A stretch of DNA of 64,000 nt, taken from NCBI GenBank assembly GCA_965198005.1, contig CBDAOI010000004.1, positions 96,001 through 160,000 on the forward strand, written 5' to 3'. The notes below the pieces were generated by a model. It did no database searches and had not been told where the DNA came from. It saw only the letters and a program-made list of their open reading frames with translations. A program made the translations under genes and the position numbers. Source of the stretch: Spirochaetia bacterium (GTDB taxonomy: Bacteria > Spirochaetota > Spirochaetia > SZUA-6 > Bin103). Positions 17,929 through 29,320 of the stretch are shown piece after piece; position 1 is the first letter of the stretch; every line of letters starts with the position of its first letter.

Positions 17929-18936
17929 ATGAGAGCCTATCTCATCAGGAGATTGTTGCTCATAATCCCCACCTTGTTTATCTTGAGCATCCTGGTCTTT
18001 CTCTCGGTCCGCTTCATCCCCGGCGATGTAATAGACACAATGGCGGCGAGGATGGCAGAGACGGGGGCGCTGGCATTCAATATTGACCGTGAAGCTCTCG
18101 AGCATATGCTGGGATTGGACGTGCCTGTCTACGTGCAGTATGGACGCTGGACAGGGGTGTTGCCAACCCCTGACTTTGTTACCAAGCAGTCTCACTTCAA
18201 CGGTCTCCTCCAGGGCAGCCTTGGTGAATCACTGATGAGCTCTTTTACGGTAGAGGAGAAGATAAGAGGTAGATTGCCAGTAACCATTCAGCTTGGTGTC
18301 ATGGCAATCGTGATTGGGCTCCTGATAGCGCTGCCGGTCGGCATCTACTCGGCGATTCGCCAGGATACCGCCGCCGACTACCTGGGGCGCTCGATCGCCA
18401 TCCTCGGCCTGGCAACTCCCAACTTCTGGCTGGGACTTATGGTCGTGCTCTACCCCGCCATCTGGTGGGGCTGGTCGCCGCCGATGGAGCTGATTCCCTT
18501 TGCCGAAGACCCGCTGGGGAATCTCGGGATGTTCCTCATTCCCAGCTTGATTCTGGGGACGGCCTCGGCTGCCGCCGCCATGCGGATGACGCGCACCATG
18601 ATGCTGGAGGTGCTCAGGCAGGACTATATCAGGACCGCCTGGGCCAAGGGTCTCAGGGAGCGGGTGGTCGTCATGCGGCATGCCATCAAGAATGCACTCA
18701 TCCCGGTAGTTACCCTGATAGGCCTGCAGTTGCCGATCCTGATAGGTGGCTCGGTCATCATGGAGAACATATTCAACCTGCCGGGGTTGGGTCGTCTCAT
18801 GGTGGTTGCGCTGAAAGATCGAGACTACCCGGTGGTCTCCGGGGTCAATCTGTTTTTCGCCACCGCGGTGGTGCTGTTCAATCTCCTGATAGACCTGCTC
18901 TATTCCTTTCTGGACCCGAGGGTGCGGCATGACTGA
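17929..18936 (+). CDS. ABC permease, OppB/DppB-like
   Basis: RFIPGD, ATPNFWL, QDYIRTAWAKGL, IMENIFNLPGLG, LDPRVR. Confidence 0.93.
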   Translation: MRAYLIRRLLLIIPTLFILSILVFLSVRFIPGDVIDTMAARMAETGALAFNIDREALEHMLGLDVPVYVQYGRWTGVLPTPDFVTKQSHFNGLLQGSLGESLMSSFTVEEKIRGRLPVTIQLGVMAIVIGLLIALPVGIYSAIRQDTAADYLGRSIAILGLATPNFWLGLMVVLYPAIWWGWSPPMELIPFAEDPLGNLGMFLIPSLILGTASAAAAMRMTRTMMLEVLRQDYIRTAWAKGLRERVVVMRHAIKNALIPVVTLIGLQLPILIGGSVIMENIFNLPGLGRLMVVALKDRDYPVVSGVNLFFATAVVLFNLLIDLLYSFLDPRVRHD

Positions 18937-19825
18937 CGCGCGCGGGCCGTTTGCCGATTTCTTCGGCAGGTTGTGGCGGCAGAAGCCGCTGGGGATCGCC
19001 AGCGGGGTCGTCATCCTGATCCTGATTCTGTTGGCGATCTTTGCCGATGCTCTGGCCCCCTATCCTTTCGATAAACTGAACCTGGCAGACCGGCTGCAGG
19101 GCCCGTCGGCCCGCCATCTGCTGGGGACTGACCAGTTGGGCCGCGACCTGTTGAGCCGTCTGCTGTTCGGGGCGCGCATCTCGCTGGTCGTCGGTCTGGC
19201 GGCGACCACGTTGAACGTGGTGGTCGCCACCCTGATCGGCGGCACGTCCGGATTCATTGGGGGCAAGCTGGACCTGGCGGTGCAGCGCTTTGTCGATGCC
19301 TGGATGGCGTTCCCGGGACTGCTGCTGTTGCTCACGATCATGTCGGTCGCGGGGCAGGGTCTGCCACAGATCATCGTGGTGCTGGGGATCGCCGGCGGGG
19401 TGGGCGGCTCGCGCGTGGTCAGAGGCGCGGTGGTGGCCACCAAGGGGAACGATTTCTTTCTGGCTGCCCGGGCGGTGGGCGCGCCGACGCGCCAAGTCCT
19501 GGTGCGCCATGTCCTGCCCAACATCGTGGCGCCGCTGATCATCGTCTTCAGCATCAACGTCGGCGGTGTCATCCTGGCCGAGGCCAGCTTGAGCTTTCTC
19601 GGCTTCGGGTTACCCATCAAGGTCCCCAGTTGGGGCGGCATGCTGAGCCGGGAAGGGCGGCGGTTCATGGAGCAGGCGCCGTGGCTGGCGCTGTGGCCCG
19701 GGCTGTGCCTGACGATCGTGGTGTACAGTTTCAACATGTTGGGTGATGCCATGCGGGACTTGCTCGACCCTAGGCTCAGGGGTGGTGGCGGTCGTCTGGC
19801 TGCCGGCGGCGCCGCGTCGGTCTAA
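18929..19825 (+). CDS. ABC permease, OppC/DppC-like
   Basis: HLLGTDQLGRDLLSR, RHVLPNI, EASLSFLGFG, PSWGGML, GDAMRDLLDPR. Confidence 0.93.
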   Translation: MTDARGPFADFFGRLWRQKPLGIASGVVILILILLAIFADALAPYPFDKLNLADRLQGPSARHLLGTDQLGRDLLSRLLFGARISLVVGLAATTLNVVVATLIGGTSGFIGGKLDLAVQRFVDAWMAFPGLLLLLTIMSVAGQGLPQIIVVLGIAGGVGGSRVVRGAVVATKGNDFFLAARAVGAPTRQVLVRHVLPNIVAPLIIVFSINVGGVILAEASLSFLGFGLPIKVPSWGGMLSREGRRFMEQAPWLALWPGLCLTIVVYSFNMLGDAMRDLLDPRLRGGGGRLAAGGAASV

Positions 19826-19980
19826 GTGTGGCGCAGGTTCGGAGCCGCGTCGCCCCGCGGTCCGCCCAGTGCGCGACGTGATGCGCGGCGCAGTGGCGGA
19901 GCTGACAGCCGGGGAACTGACACTGATGGTGGTCTCTGACCTCCAGCGCGCGGCGCAACGGGGTCGGCACCGTGCGACAA
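19826..19980 (-). pseudogene. HNH endonuclease (DUF222-associated type) remnant
   Basis: Minus frame RTVPTPLRRALEVRDHHQCQFPGCQLRHCAAHHVAHWADRGATRL. Confidence 0.6.
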
Positions 19981-19987
19981 TGAGCGG

Positions 19988-20761
19988 CTACAGGCTCAGG
20001 CCGCCGTCGACCATGAACACGCCGCCGGTGCAGTGGGCGGCTTCGTCGCTGCACAGGAACAGCATCATGCGCGCCACCTCTTCCGGTTCGCCGTAGCGCC
20101 CGTCCAGGGAGCGCCGTTCCAACTGGTGCTTGATCTCCTCGCCCCGGCCCGGTATCCGCATGTCCTCGATCGAGCGCATCATGCGGGTCTCGGTGGGGCC
20201 GGGATTGACCGTGTTCACGCGGATGCCGTGCGGTCCGCCTTCCATGGCCGCGCAGCGCATCAGGCCGATCACTGCGTGCTTGCTGGTGTGGTAGGCGGAC
20301 ATGCCGGTGGTGCCCATCACCCCGGCGGTCGAGGAGGTGATGACGATGCTGCCGCCGCGTTCGCGCATCGCCCGCATCACGTACTTGAGACCCAGCCACA
20401 CGCCGCGCACGTTGACCGCCATCACGCGGTCGAAGGTGTCCAGGTCGTACTCGGTGATCGGCGCCACGTCGCCTTCGATGCCGGCGTTGTTGAGAAACAG
20501 GTCCACCGTGCCGTAGCGCTCGACTGCGGTGGCCACGTACGCCTCCGTCTGCGCCGGGTCGGTGACGTCGGCCACCGCGTAGCTGGCGGCGGCGCCGATC
20601 GAGGAAGCGACCTGCTGCAGGGCGGTCTGGTCCAGATCGACCAGCAGCACGCGCGCGCCTTCCGCCGCGAACAGCGCCCCGGCCGCGCGGCCGATGCCGC
20701 CGGTGCCCCCGGTTATGATCGCCACCTTGCCTTCAAGTCGTGCCATTCCGTGTGCCTCCAA
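19988..20761 (-). CDS. SDR family oxidoreductase 2 (intact)
   Basis: TGGTGGIG, NNAGIEG, YHTSK, VDGG. Confidence 0.92.
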   Translation of the reverse strand: MEAHGMARLEGKVAIITGGTGGIGRAAGALFAAEGARVLLVDLDQTALQQVASSIGAAASYAVADVTDPAQTEAYVATAVERYGTVDLFLNNAGIEGDVAPITEYDLDTFDRVMAVNVRGVWLGLKYVMRAMRERGGSIVITSSTAGVMGTTGMSAYHTSKHAVIGLMRCAAMEGGPHGIRVNTVNPGPTETRMMRSIEDMRIPGRGEEIKHQLERRSLDGRYGEPEEVARMMLFLCSDEAAHCTGGVFMVDGGLSL

Positions 20762-20771
20762 TGCTCCGAGA

Positions 20772-21626
20772 CTAGTCGGCCCCGGTGATGAACGCGTGGC
20801 GTCCTTCGCCGCGCTCGCGGAGCTGCGCCCGGCTACCGCGGGCCGCCGTCAGGCCGCCGTCGACCATCAGGTTGACCCCGGTCACGTGCACGCTCTCGTC
20901 GCTGGCCAGGTACACCGCAGCGTGGGCGATGTCGTCGGCCGCTCCGGCGCGCCCCTGTGGCATGCTGTCCTCGAACCATCGGGTGAGGCGCGCCGCGCGC
21001 GCGGCGTTCTCCTGCGCCGTGTGACCGGTCTGGCCGCCCCAGAAGATCGGGGTGATGATGGCGCCCGGCGAGATGCAGTTCACCCGCACGCGGTGCTCCG
21101 CCAGCTCGGTCGCCCATACCTTGGTGACGTGAATCACACCCGCCTTGCACGCCGAGTACTCGGCGCTGGAGCCGTCGGTGGTCACGCCCGCGGTGCTGCC
21201 GTTGTTGATGATGCTGCCGCTGCGCTGCCGTTTCATGATCGGCGCCGCGTACTTGACGCCGAGGAAGCAGGAGCCGAGCAGCACCATCACGTCGCGCTGG
21301 AACCGTTCGAGGTCGAACTCGTCCACCTCGCAGTAGGAGTGGCCGCTGCCGGCGTTGTTGAACAGCGCGTCCAGCCGCCCCCAGCGTTCGACCGTGGCCG
21401 CCACCATCGCCTGCACGTCGGCCTCGACGGTCACGTCGGTGCGGATGAACTGGGCGTTGTCGCCGAGCCGCTCCGCCAGCGCCCGGCCCGCGTCCTCGCC
21501 GCGCGCGGCGATGGTCACCCGCGCCCCCTCGGCCACGTACCGTTCGACCGTCGCGGCTCCCATGCCGCTGTTGCCGCCAGTAACGATGGCCACCTTGCCG
21601 GCCAGCCGGCCTGTCGTAGTTGCCAT
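20772..21626 (-). CDS. SDR family oxidoreductase 1
   Basis: TGGNSGMG, NNAG, YSACK. Confidence 0.92.
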   Translation of the reverse strand: MATTTGRLAGKVAIVTGGNSGMGAATVERYVAEGARVTIAARGEDAGRALAERLGDNAQFIRTDVTVEADVQAMVAATVERWGRLDALFNNAGSGHSYCEVDEFDLERFQRDVMVLLGSCFLGVKYAAPIMKRQRSGSIINNGSTAGVTTDGSSAEYSACKAGVIHVTKVWATELAEHRVRVNCISPGAIITPIFWGGQTGHTAQENAARAARLTRWFEDSMPQGRAGAADDIAHAAVYLASDESVHVTGVNLMVDGGLTAARGSRAQLRERGEGRHAFITGAD

Positions 21627-21836
21627 TTCGGCCAGTGTAACCCGAGGCGCGCCGCCGCGCCAGACCCGCCGCGCTCGAGCCGGTCCGTCGGGACGCCGCC
21701 GCCCTTGCTCCCAATTCGACGTGCTCGAATCGCCGGCCGCGCTACTACGCGGATCAGATTGGCGCGGGCGGCCGGCGGGTCGCCGTGCGCGTGTGCTCTG
21801 AGCTGTGGTATGCTATGGTGGAATGGAGGATAGCCC

Positions 21837-22736
21837 ATGGCCAGCCCGATGCTCGCACCCGCCAAGGTTCACTACCCCTCATCCGACGGCCGGCCGATGG
21901 CGGAAAGCGACTTCCAACGCACCCCGCTGACCTACGCCGTCGACCGGCTGCGGTTCCACTTTCGCGACCGCCGGGACGTGTACGTCTCGGGCAACCTGCT
22001 GCTCTACTACCAGGAGGGGAATCCGCGGGCGGTGGTGGCGCCCGACGTGTTCGTGGTGCTGGGCGTATCCAACGCCGACCGCTCCAGCTACCGGCTGTGG
22101 AAGGAGCGCAAGGTGCCTGACTTCGTGCTGGAGATTACCTCGCGCTCGACGTACCGCGAGGACCAGGGGAGCAAGCGCGAGGTGTACCGTGCGCTGGGGG
22201 TGCGGGAGTACTGGCAGTACGACCCGACCGGCGACTACCTGGAGCCGCCGCTGCAGGGCCTGGAGTTGAGCGCGGGGGAGTATCGGCGGCTGCCGGGGCG
22301 GGAGTTGGCGGACGGAGCGCTGGCGCTGGCAAGCGGCGTGCTGGGGCTGGAGTTGCGGCTGACGGCGCGCGGGCTGCGGTTCCACGATCCGGCGACCGGG
22401 CAGGACCTGCCGAACCTTGCGGAAACCGACGAGGCGCGGCAGCGCGAGCGGCAGGCGCGGCAGCGCGAGCAGCAGGCGCGGCAGCGCGAGCAGCAGGCGC
22501 GGCAAGCGGCGGAGACGCGCCTCGCGCAGGAAACGGCAGCCCGCCAGCAGGAAGTGGCAGCCCGCCAGCAGGAAGTGGCGGCCCGCCAGCAGGAAGTGGC
22601 GGCCCGCCAGCAGGAAGTGGCAGCCCGCGCAGCCGCGGAAGCGCGGGTGGCCGAGCTGGAGGCCTTGTTGCGCCGGGAGCGGGGCCGCGAGTCCGGTCAG
22701 GACGGCAATCCACCGGCGCCTCGTCAGGGTCGGTAG
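21837..22736 (+). CDS. Uma2/DUF820 endonuclease-like protein (copy 3)
   Basis: 299 aa, near-identical core. Confidence 0.9.
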   Translation: MASPMLAPAKVHYPSSDGRPMAESDFQRTPLTYAVDRLRFHFRDRRDVYVSGNLLLYYQEGNPRAVVAPDVFVVLGVSNADRSSYRLWKERKVPDFVLEITSRSTYREDQGSKREVYRALGVREYWQYDPTGDYLEPPLQGLELSAGEYRRLPGRELADGALALASGVLGLELRLTARGLRFHDPATGQDLPNLAETDEARQRERQARQREQQARQREQQARQAAETRLAQETAARQQEVAARQQEVAARQQEVAARQQEVAARAAAEARVAELEALLRRERGRESGQDGNPPAPRQGR

Positions 22737-22976
22737 GGCACGTCCCCGCAAGTCCGCAAGTCCGCAAGTCCTCGCCTCGTTGACCCTCGTCCCGACGTTC
22801 GCTACACTGACGAGCCTGTCGTATGATTCGGCTCACACGAATCACACGAAAAAGGCAGTCGACGTGCTTGCTGCAATGTGCTACGGTCGTGTTGCTCGGT
22901 TCGGGAGAGGCGTACATGCGACGGGATGACATCATCAGGCCCCGTATTCGGACGTTAGCGCCAGCGGTGCGTTCTG

Positions 22977-22994
22977 CCCCCCCCCCCCCCCCCC
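22977..22994 (+). repeat. C18 homopolymer in leader of cassette 2
   Basis: 18 consecutive C. Confidence 0.9.
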
Positions 22995-23376
22995 AACATT
23001 TCGAACCGAGAACCGAGAAACAACTAACCGCTCGGGCTGATCGCCCCGGACGCGACCCCGCGCACGCGAGTGGACGGGATGGGCCAAAAGCGGCGCTGAC
23101 AGGCGGCGGTTTTGGGGGGCTATTGCCGGCCCGAGACAGGCAGCTTCCGTCTGGCATCTGGCAGGGCACCCTGTGCCCCAAGAGAGGAGGTGCAAAATGA
23201 TACTCAAAGAACCGCACGCGCGCGCGGCGTGAGCCCGGGGTGGACCCGGATGAGTCACACGCCGCGCGCTCTTGGAATCTGACTCTGACTGGCCGTCCGC
23301 GTTGCGGGCGCGAGAGTAGCCAGGGAGCGGCAATCCGCTCCGCAATACTCTCGAAATAACATTCAAGGAAGAAACG

Positions 23377-25184
23377 ATGAAGATATTTTTTGCATGGACC
23401 TTCGCGGTTGCGTTGGTCCTCGTCCTGACCGCAACCGGCCTCTGGGCTGCTGGCGCAGAGGAAGAGGCACCGGCAGCCGCTGCCGACAAGCAGTATGTGA
23501 CCGACCCCACCACCGGCAAGGTGGTGGTGGCGCCCCAGTATGGCGGGATATTAACCGCCGGTCATACTCAGGCCGGTAGTACTGGGGCTCCTAATGACCC
23601 CTATTTCGGCAATCCGTGGGGCCCAGGGGCGGCCGTCACTGAGAGGCTTGGTATCGGGAACTGGGGAATAGATAGAGACGTATTTGACTTCAAAGCGGTC
23701 TACCTCCCTCTGTCTACCCTAACGGGGAGGCTGGCTGAAAGCTGGGATATTTCCCCGGACGGCCTCACCTATACCTTCCACATCCGCCAGGGCGTTAACT
23801 GGCAGAACAAGGCACCGATGAATGGGAGAGAATTCACTGCGGACGATGTCGTATTCAACTTTCACCGTATGTTGGGTTTGGGCGACTTCACCGAAACCGG
23901 AGCGCGCAACCCTTCTATTGGCTCTGCGGGCGCCGCGGCACTTATCTCCATACCATTCGAATCGATAACGGCCACCGACAAATGGACGGTTGTGATGAAA
24001 CTGAAGGAGCCATTCCTCACTGCGCTGGAGGTTATCCTCAACGACCCTTATGTTGCCATATTGCCCCCCGAGGTAATCGAGCAATACGGCGACATGCAGG
24101 ATTGGAGGAACGTGGTCGGCACGGGACCCTTTACGGTGACTGATGTCGTCGAGGAGAGCAGCATCACCTGGACCAAGAATCCTGACTACTGGGGCTATGA
24201 CGAAAAGTACCCGCAGAACCGCTTGCCCTACGTTGACCAGTTACGGCGACTGGTTATTCCAGAGGAAGGAACAATGATGGCGGCACTACGCTCAGGCAAG
24301 CTTGATTTCAGAATGTTTGCCCCATCAGACATCGACTCGATAGAGAGCCTGCAGCGGACCAACCCCGAAATCGGGGTGCACCCGATCTATTTTCGGTCGA
24401 GTGATTCTCTTGCTCCTAACCATCGCGTGCCTCCCTTGACGACATCAACGTGCGCCGCGCCCTGCAGCTGGCGCTGGACAACGAGACCGTTGCGGGTACG
24501 TACTGGAAGGGTTGGGCAGATCCGACACCTCACGGGCTGGTAGGGTTGCCAGGGTATTACATCCCCTTCGAGAAATGGGACGAAGAGGTCAAGCAATACT
24601 ACCGGTATGACCCGGAAGCTGCCGAGAAGCTCCTTGATGAGGCTGGGTATCCGCGCGGCGCCGACGGCACTAGATTCAAGGCCGCCGTGAATGTCGGGGG
24701 TTTTGCAAGCTTGGATTATGCAGAAATAGCTGCCGCCTACTGGGCTGAGATTGGCGTTGATGTTGAGGTTGAACAGAGCCCCGAATATCGCGAGAGGGTA
24801 CTCTCGCGTACCTGGGAAGGCATGCACAGTGCCGTTGCGGGCGCCGCTTATGCCCCTCTCCTGATGGCAAGCTGGTATCACTCGGATGTGGGGTATTCGA
24901 ACAAGGGCGGATCCCAGTGGCCTGAGATGGACGCCATGATTGACGCCGTCCGAGCCGCTACTACCAACGAGGAGCAGCAGAGGCTGATGAAAGAGCTGGA
25001 TATGTACGCGATAGAGAACCACTGGCTGATATATGCTCCCAAAACTGCGTTTATTCATCTTGCCCAGCCGTGGGTCATAGGCTATAGCGGTGAATTTCCG
25101 AATGCTTTGGGCCAGTCAGAGACTTATACCGTCTTTGCCCGCCTCTGGATTGATAGTGAGCTGAAGGAGGCAATGGGTTATTAG
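23377..25184 (+). pseudogene. Family 5 SBP2, frameshifted near 24436
   Basis: ORFs 23377-24543 and 24450-25184; CCCTTGAC vs CCCTTTGAC in paralogs (one T lost; could be a read error). Confidence 0.85.
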
Positions 25185-25267
25185 AGAAAGAAAGGGAGCT
25201 GGGAGGCTGTCGCCTGCAGGCGCGCTTCCCAGCTCCCAACGAGATTGCCACGCCCCCATGATGTGAC

Positions 25268-26275
25268 ATGAGAGCCTATCTCATCAGGCGGTCATTGCTC
25301 ATAGTCCCCACCTTGTTTTTCTTGAGCATCCTGGTCTTTCTCTCGGTCCGCTTCATCCCCGGCGATGTAATAGACGTAATGGCGGCTAGGATGGAAGAGG
25401 AGGGGACGCTGGCATTCGAGATTGACCGTGAAGCTCTCGAGCAAATGCTGGGATTAGACGTGCCTGTCTACGTGCAGTATGGACGCTGGATAGGAGTGTT
25501 GCCAACCCCCGACTTTGTTACCAGGGAGTCTCACTTCAACGGTCTCATCCAGGGCAGCCTTGGTGAATCACTGATGAGTACGTTTACGGTAGAGGAGAAG
25601 ATAAGAGGCAGATTGCCAGTAACCATTCAGCTTGGTGTCATGGCAATCGTAATCGGGCTCGTGATAGCCCTGCCGGTCGGCATCTACTCGGCGATTCGGC
25701 AGGATACAGCCGCCGACTACGTGGGGCGCACCATCGCCATCCTCGGCCTGGCAACACCCAACTTCTGGCTGGGACTCATGGTCGTGCTCTACCCCGCCAT
25801 CTGGTGGGGCTGGTCGCCAGCGATGGAGCTGATTCCTTTTGCCGAAGACCCGCTGGGGAATCTCGGGATGTTCCTCCTTCCCAGCTTGATTGTGGGGACG
25901 GCCTCGGCGGCCGCCACTATGCGCATGACCCGCACCATGATGCTGGAGGTGCTCAGGCAAGACTATATCCGGACCGCCTGGTCGAAGGGTCTACGAGAGC
26001 GGGTCGTGGTGCTGCGGCACGCCGTCAAGAACGCACTCATCCCGGTAGTTACCCTGATCGGCCTGCAGTTGCCGATCCTGATCGGTGGCTCGGTCATCAT
26101 GGAGAACATCTTCAACCTGCCGGGGTTGGGTCGTCTCATGGTGGTTGCGCTGGAAGACCGGGACTACCCGGTGGTCTCCGGGGTCAACCTGTTCTTCGCC
26201 ACCGCGGTGGTGCTGTTCAATCTCCTGATCGACCTGCTCTATTCCTATCTGGACCCGAGGGTGCGGCATGAATGA
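25268..26275 (+). CDS. ABC permease, OppB/DppB-like
   Basis: Paralog of 17929-18936. Confidence 0.93.
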   Translation: MRAYLIRRSLLIVPTLFFLSILVFLSVRFIPGDVIDVMAARMEEEGTLAFEIDREALEQMLGLDVPVYVQYGRWIGVLPTPDFVTRESHFNGLIQGSLGESLMSTFTVEEKIRGRLPVTIQLGVMAIVIGLVIALPVGIYSAIRQDTAADYVGRTIAILGLATPNFWLGLMVVLYPAIWWGWSPAMELIPFAEDPLGNLGMFLLPSLIVGTASAAATMRMTRTMMLEVLRQDYIRTAWSKGLRERVVVLRHAVKNALIPVVTLIGLQLPILIGGSVIMENIFNLPGLGRLMVVALEDRDYPVVSGVNLFFATAVVLFNLLIDLLYSYLDPRVRHE

Positions 26276-27164
26276 CACGCGGGGGCCGTTCGCCGATTTC
26301 TTCGGCAGGTTGTGGCGGCAGAAGCCGCTGGGGATCGCCAGCGGGGTCGTCATCCTGATCCTGATTCTGTTGGCGATCTTTGCCGATGCTCTGGCCCCCT
26401 ATCCTTTCGATAAACTGAACCTGGCAGACCGGCTGCAGGGCCCGTCGGCCCGCCATCTGCTGGGGACTGACCAGTTGGGCCGCGACCTGTTGAGCCGTCT
26501 GCTGTTCGGGGCGCGCATCTCGCTGGTCGTTGGACTGGCGGCGACCACGCTGAACGTGGTGGTCGCCACCCTCATCGGCGGCACCTCCGGATTCCTCGGC
26601 GGCAAGCTGGACCTGGCGGTGCAGCGCTTCGTCGATGCCTGGATGGCGTTCCCGGGACTGCTGCTGTTGCTCACGATCATGTCGGTCGCGGGGCAGGGTC
26701 TGCCACAGATCATCGTGGTGCTCGGGATCGCCGGCGGTGTGGGCGGCTCGCGCGTGGTCAGAGGCGCGGTGGTGGCCACCAAGGGCAACGATTTTTTTCT
26801 GGCCGCCCGGGCGGTGGGCGCGCCGACGCGCCAGGTCCTGGTGCGCCATGTCCTGCCCAACATCGTGGCGCCCCTCATCATCGTTTTCAGCATCAACGTC
26901 GGCGGCGTGATCCTGGCCGAGGCGTCGTTGAGCTTCCTGGGCTTCGGGTTACCCATCAAGGTCCCCAGTTGGGGCGGCATGCTGAGCCGGGAAGGGCGGC
27001 GGTTCATGGAGCAGGCGCCGTGGCTGGCGCTGTGGCCCGGGCTGTGCCTGACGATCGTGGTGTACAGTTTCAACATGTTGGGCGATGCCATGCGGGACTT
27101 GCTCGACCCTAGGCTCAGGGGTGGTGGCGGTCGTCTGGCTGCCGGCGGCGCCACGTCGGTCTAA
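26268..27164 (+). CDS. ABC permease, OppC/DppC-like
   Basis: Paralog of 18929-19825. Confidence 0.93.
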   Translation: MNDTRGPFADFFGRLWRQKPLGIASGVVILILILLAIFADALAPYPFDKLNLADRLQGPSARHLLGTDQLGRDLLSRLLFGARISLVVGLAATTLNVVVATLIGGTSGFLGGKLDLAVQRFVDAWMAFPGLLLLLTIMSVAGQGLPQIIVVLGIAGGVGGSRVVRGAVVATKGNDFFLAARAVGAPTRQVLVRHVLPNIVAPLIIVFSINVGGVILAEASLSFLGFGLPIKVPSWGGMLSREGRRFMEQAPWLALWPGLCLTIVVYSFNMLGDAMRDLLDPRLRGGGGRLAAGGATSV

Positions 27165-27225
27165 GAGAGCCATGGGCTACTCTCCAGGCTGGCGCGCGCT
27201 CGAACCGTTTGCACGTCAGCTGCCG

Positions 27226-27700
27226 AGCAAGGCGGTGCCGCCCTTAAGGACCCACTTGCCTCTCAGCGAAGGGTGGGAGTTCAGGACGTTCAGGAGATGC
27301 ACCAGATGGAGGACCTTCTCGACCGCACCCTCGTCGAATCCGTCGGGTCTGGATAGGGGCAGGATTTCCGCCGTGGAGAATCTCACAGCACCTCCCCCCA
27401 GGACCGACTCAGGATTTCGGCCGGGATCATGAGGTTCCAGCCTTTGACCCACTGGCAGCCTTTGCGCCTGCCCCGCGTCAGATAGTGGGGCTGCTGCGGG
27501 CGGAGCTCGCGCAGCGCATCGAGATGCGCTTCTTCCACCGTCAACGGCTCCCGGTACTGCTCGAGGAAGAACCCCACCTTTGCGGCGGTGGTCGCATTCT
27601 CCAGCAGGCGGGTGTACTCGATGACCTGATCCAGGATGAAGAACTCCACCGACTCCAAAGAGCGCCATATCTCCTCCCAGCTACCGGTCAGGTCGGGGCG
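27226..27700 (-). pseudogene. AbiEi 3' part plus AbiEii 5' part (type IV TA remnant)
   Basis: Near-identical to ~35128-35600; AbiEii ends at LKGGTAL. Confidence 0.85.
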
Positions 27701-28422
27701 GCTTCGTCGCTGCACAGGAACAGCATCATGCGCGCCACCTCTTCCGGTTCGCCGTAGCGCCCGTCCAGGGAGCGCCGTTCCAACTGGTGCTTGATCTCCT
27801 CGCCCCGGCCCGGTATCCGCATGTCCTCGATCGAGCGCATCATGCGGGTCTCGGTGGGGCCGGGATTGACCGTGTTCACGCGGATGCCGTGCGGTCCGCC
27901 TTCCATGGCCGCGCAGCGCATCAGGCCGATCACCGCGTGCTTGCTGGTGTGGTAGGCGGACATGCCGGTGGTGCCCATCACCCCGGCGGTCGAGGAGGTG
28001 ATGACGATGCTGCCGCCGCGTTCGCGCATCGCCCGCATCACGTACTTGAGACCCAGCCACGCGCCGCGCACGTTGACCGCCATCACGCGGTCGAAGGTGT
28101 CCAGGTCGTACTCGGTGATCGGCGCCACGTCGCCTTCGATGCCGGCGTTGTTGAGAAACAGGTCCACCGTGCCGTAGCGCTCGAGCGCGGTGGCCACGTA
28201 CGCTTCCGTCTGCGCCGGGTCGGTGACGTCGGCCACCGCGTAGCTGGCGGCGGCGCCGATCGAGGAAGCGACCTGCTGCAGGGCGGTCTGGTCCAGATCG
28301 ACCAGCAGCACGCGCGCGCCTTCCGCCGCGAACAGCGCCCCGGCCGCGCGGCCGATGCCGCCGGTGCCCCCGGTTATGATCGCCACCTTGCCTTCAAGTC
28401 GTGCCATTCCGTATGCCTTCAC
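27688..28422 (-). pseudogene. SDR oxidoreductase 2, C-terminally truncated
   Basis: Ends SDEAAPT instead of SDEAAHCTGGVFMVDGGLSL; GGGCGG junction to AbiEi. Confidence 0.8.
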
Positions 28423-28465
28423 TATGGTCGTTGGTCATGGTCGTTGGTCTGGTCGGCCCCACTGA

Positions 28466-29320
28466 CTAGTCGGCCCCGGTGATGAACGCGTGGCGTCCTT
28501 CGCCGCGCTCGCGGAGCTGCGCCCGGCTGCCGCGGGCCGCCGTCAGGCCGCCGTCGACCATCAGGTTGACCCCGGTCACGTGCACGCTCTCGTCGCTCGC
28601 CAGGTACACCGCAGCGTGGGCGATGTCGTCGGCCGCTCCGGCGCGCCCCTGCGGCATGCTGTCCTCGAACCAGCGGGTGAGGCGCGCCGCGCGCGCGGCG
28701 TTCTCCTGCGCCGTGTGACCGGTCTGGCCGCCCCAGAAGATCGGGGTGATGATGGCGCCCGGCGAGATGCAGTTCACCCGCACGCGGTGCTCCGCCAGCT
28801 CGGTCGCCCATACCTTGGTGACGTGAATCACACCCGCCTTGCACGCCGAGTACTCGGCGCTGGAGCCGTCGGTGGTCACGCCCGCGGTGCTGCCGTTGTT
28901 GATGATGCTGCCGCTGCGCTGCCGTTTCATGATCGGCGCCGCGTACTTGACGCCGAGGAAGCAGGAGCCGAGCAGCACCATCACGTCGCGCTGGAACCGT
29001 TCGAGGTCGAACTCGTCCACCTCGCAGTAGGAGTGGCCGCTGCCGGCGTTGTTGAACAGCGCGTCCAGCCGCCCCCAGCGTTCGACCGTGGCCGCCACCA
29101 TCGCCTGCACGTCGGCCTCGACGGTCACGTCGGTGCGGATGAACTGGGCGTTGTCGCCGAGCCGCTCCGCCAGCGCCCGGCCCGCGTCCTCGCCGCGCGC
29201 GGCGATGGTCACCCGCGCCCCCTCGGCCACGTACCGTTCGACCGTCGCGGCTCCCATGCCGCTGTTGCCGCCGGTAACGATGGCCACCTTGCCGGCCAGC
29301 CGGCCTGTCGTAGTTGCCAT
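28466..29320 (-). CDS. SDR family oxidoreductase 1
   Basis: Protein identical to 20772-21626. Confidence 0.92.
   Translation of the reverse strand: MATTTGRLAGKVAIVTGGNSGMGAATVERYVAEGARVTIAARGEDAGRALAERLGDNAQFIRTDVTVEADVQAMVAATVERWGRLDALFNNAGSGHSYCEVDEFDLERFQRDVMVLLGSCFLGVKYAAPIMKRQRSGSIINNGSTAGVTTDGSSAEYSACKAGVIHVTKVWATELAEHRVRVNCISPGAIITPIFWGGQTGHTAQENAARAARLTRWFEDSMPQGRAGAADDIAHAAVYLASDESVHVTGVNLMVDGGLTAARGSRAQLRERGEGRHAFITGAD

Noticed and set aside
24430-24440. Programmed frameshifting in SBP2 (also ~44130 and ~56528)
   Set aside because: Single-base losses in short homopolymers relative to the expected frame; mutation or sequencing error is more parsimonious
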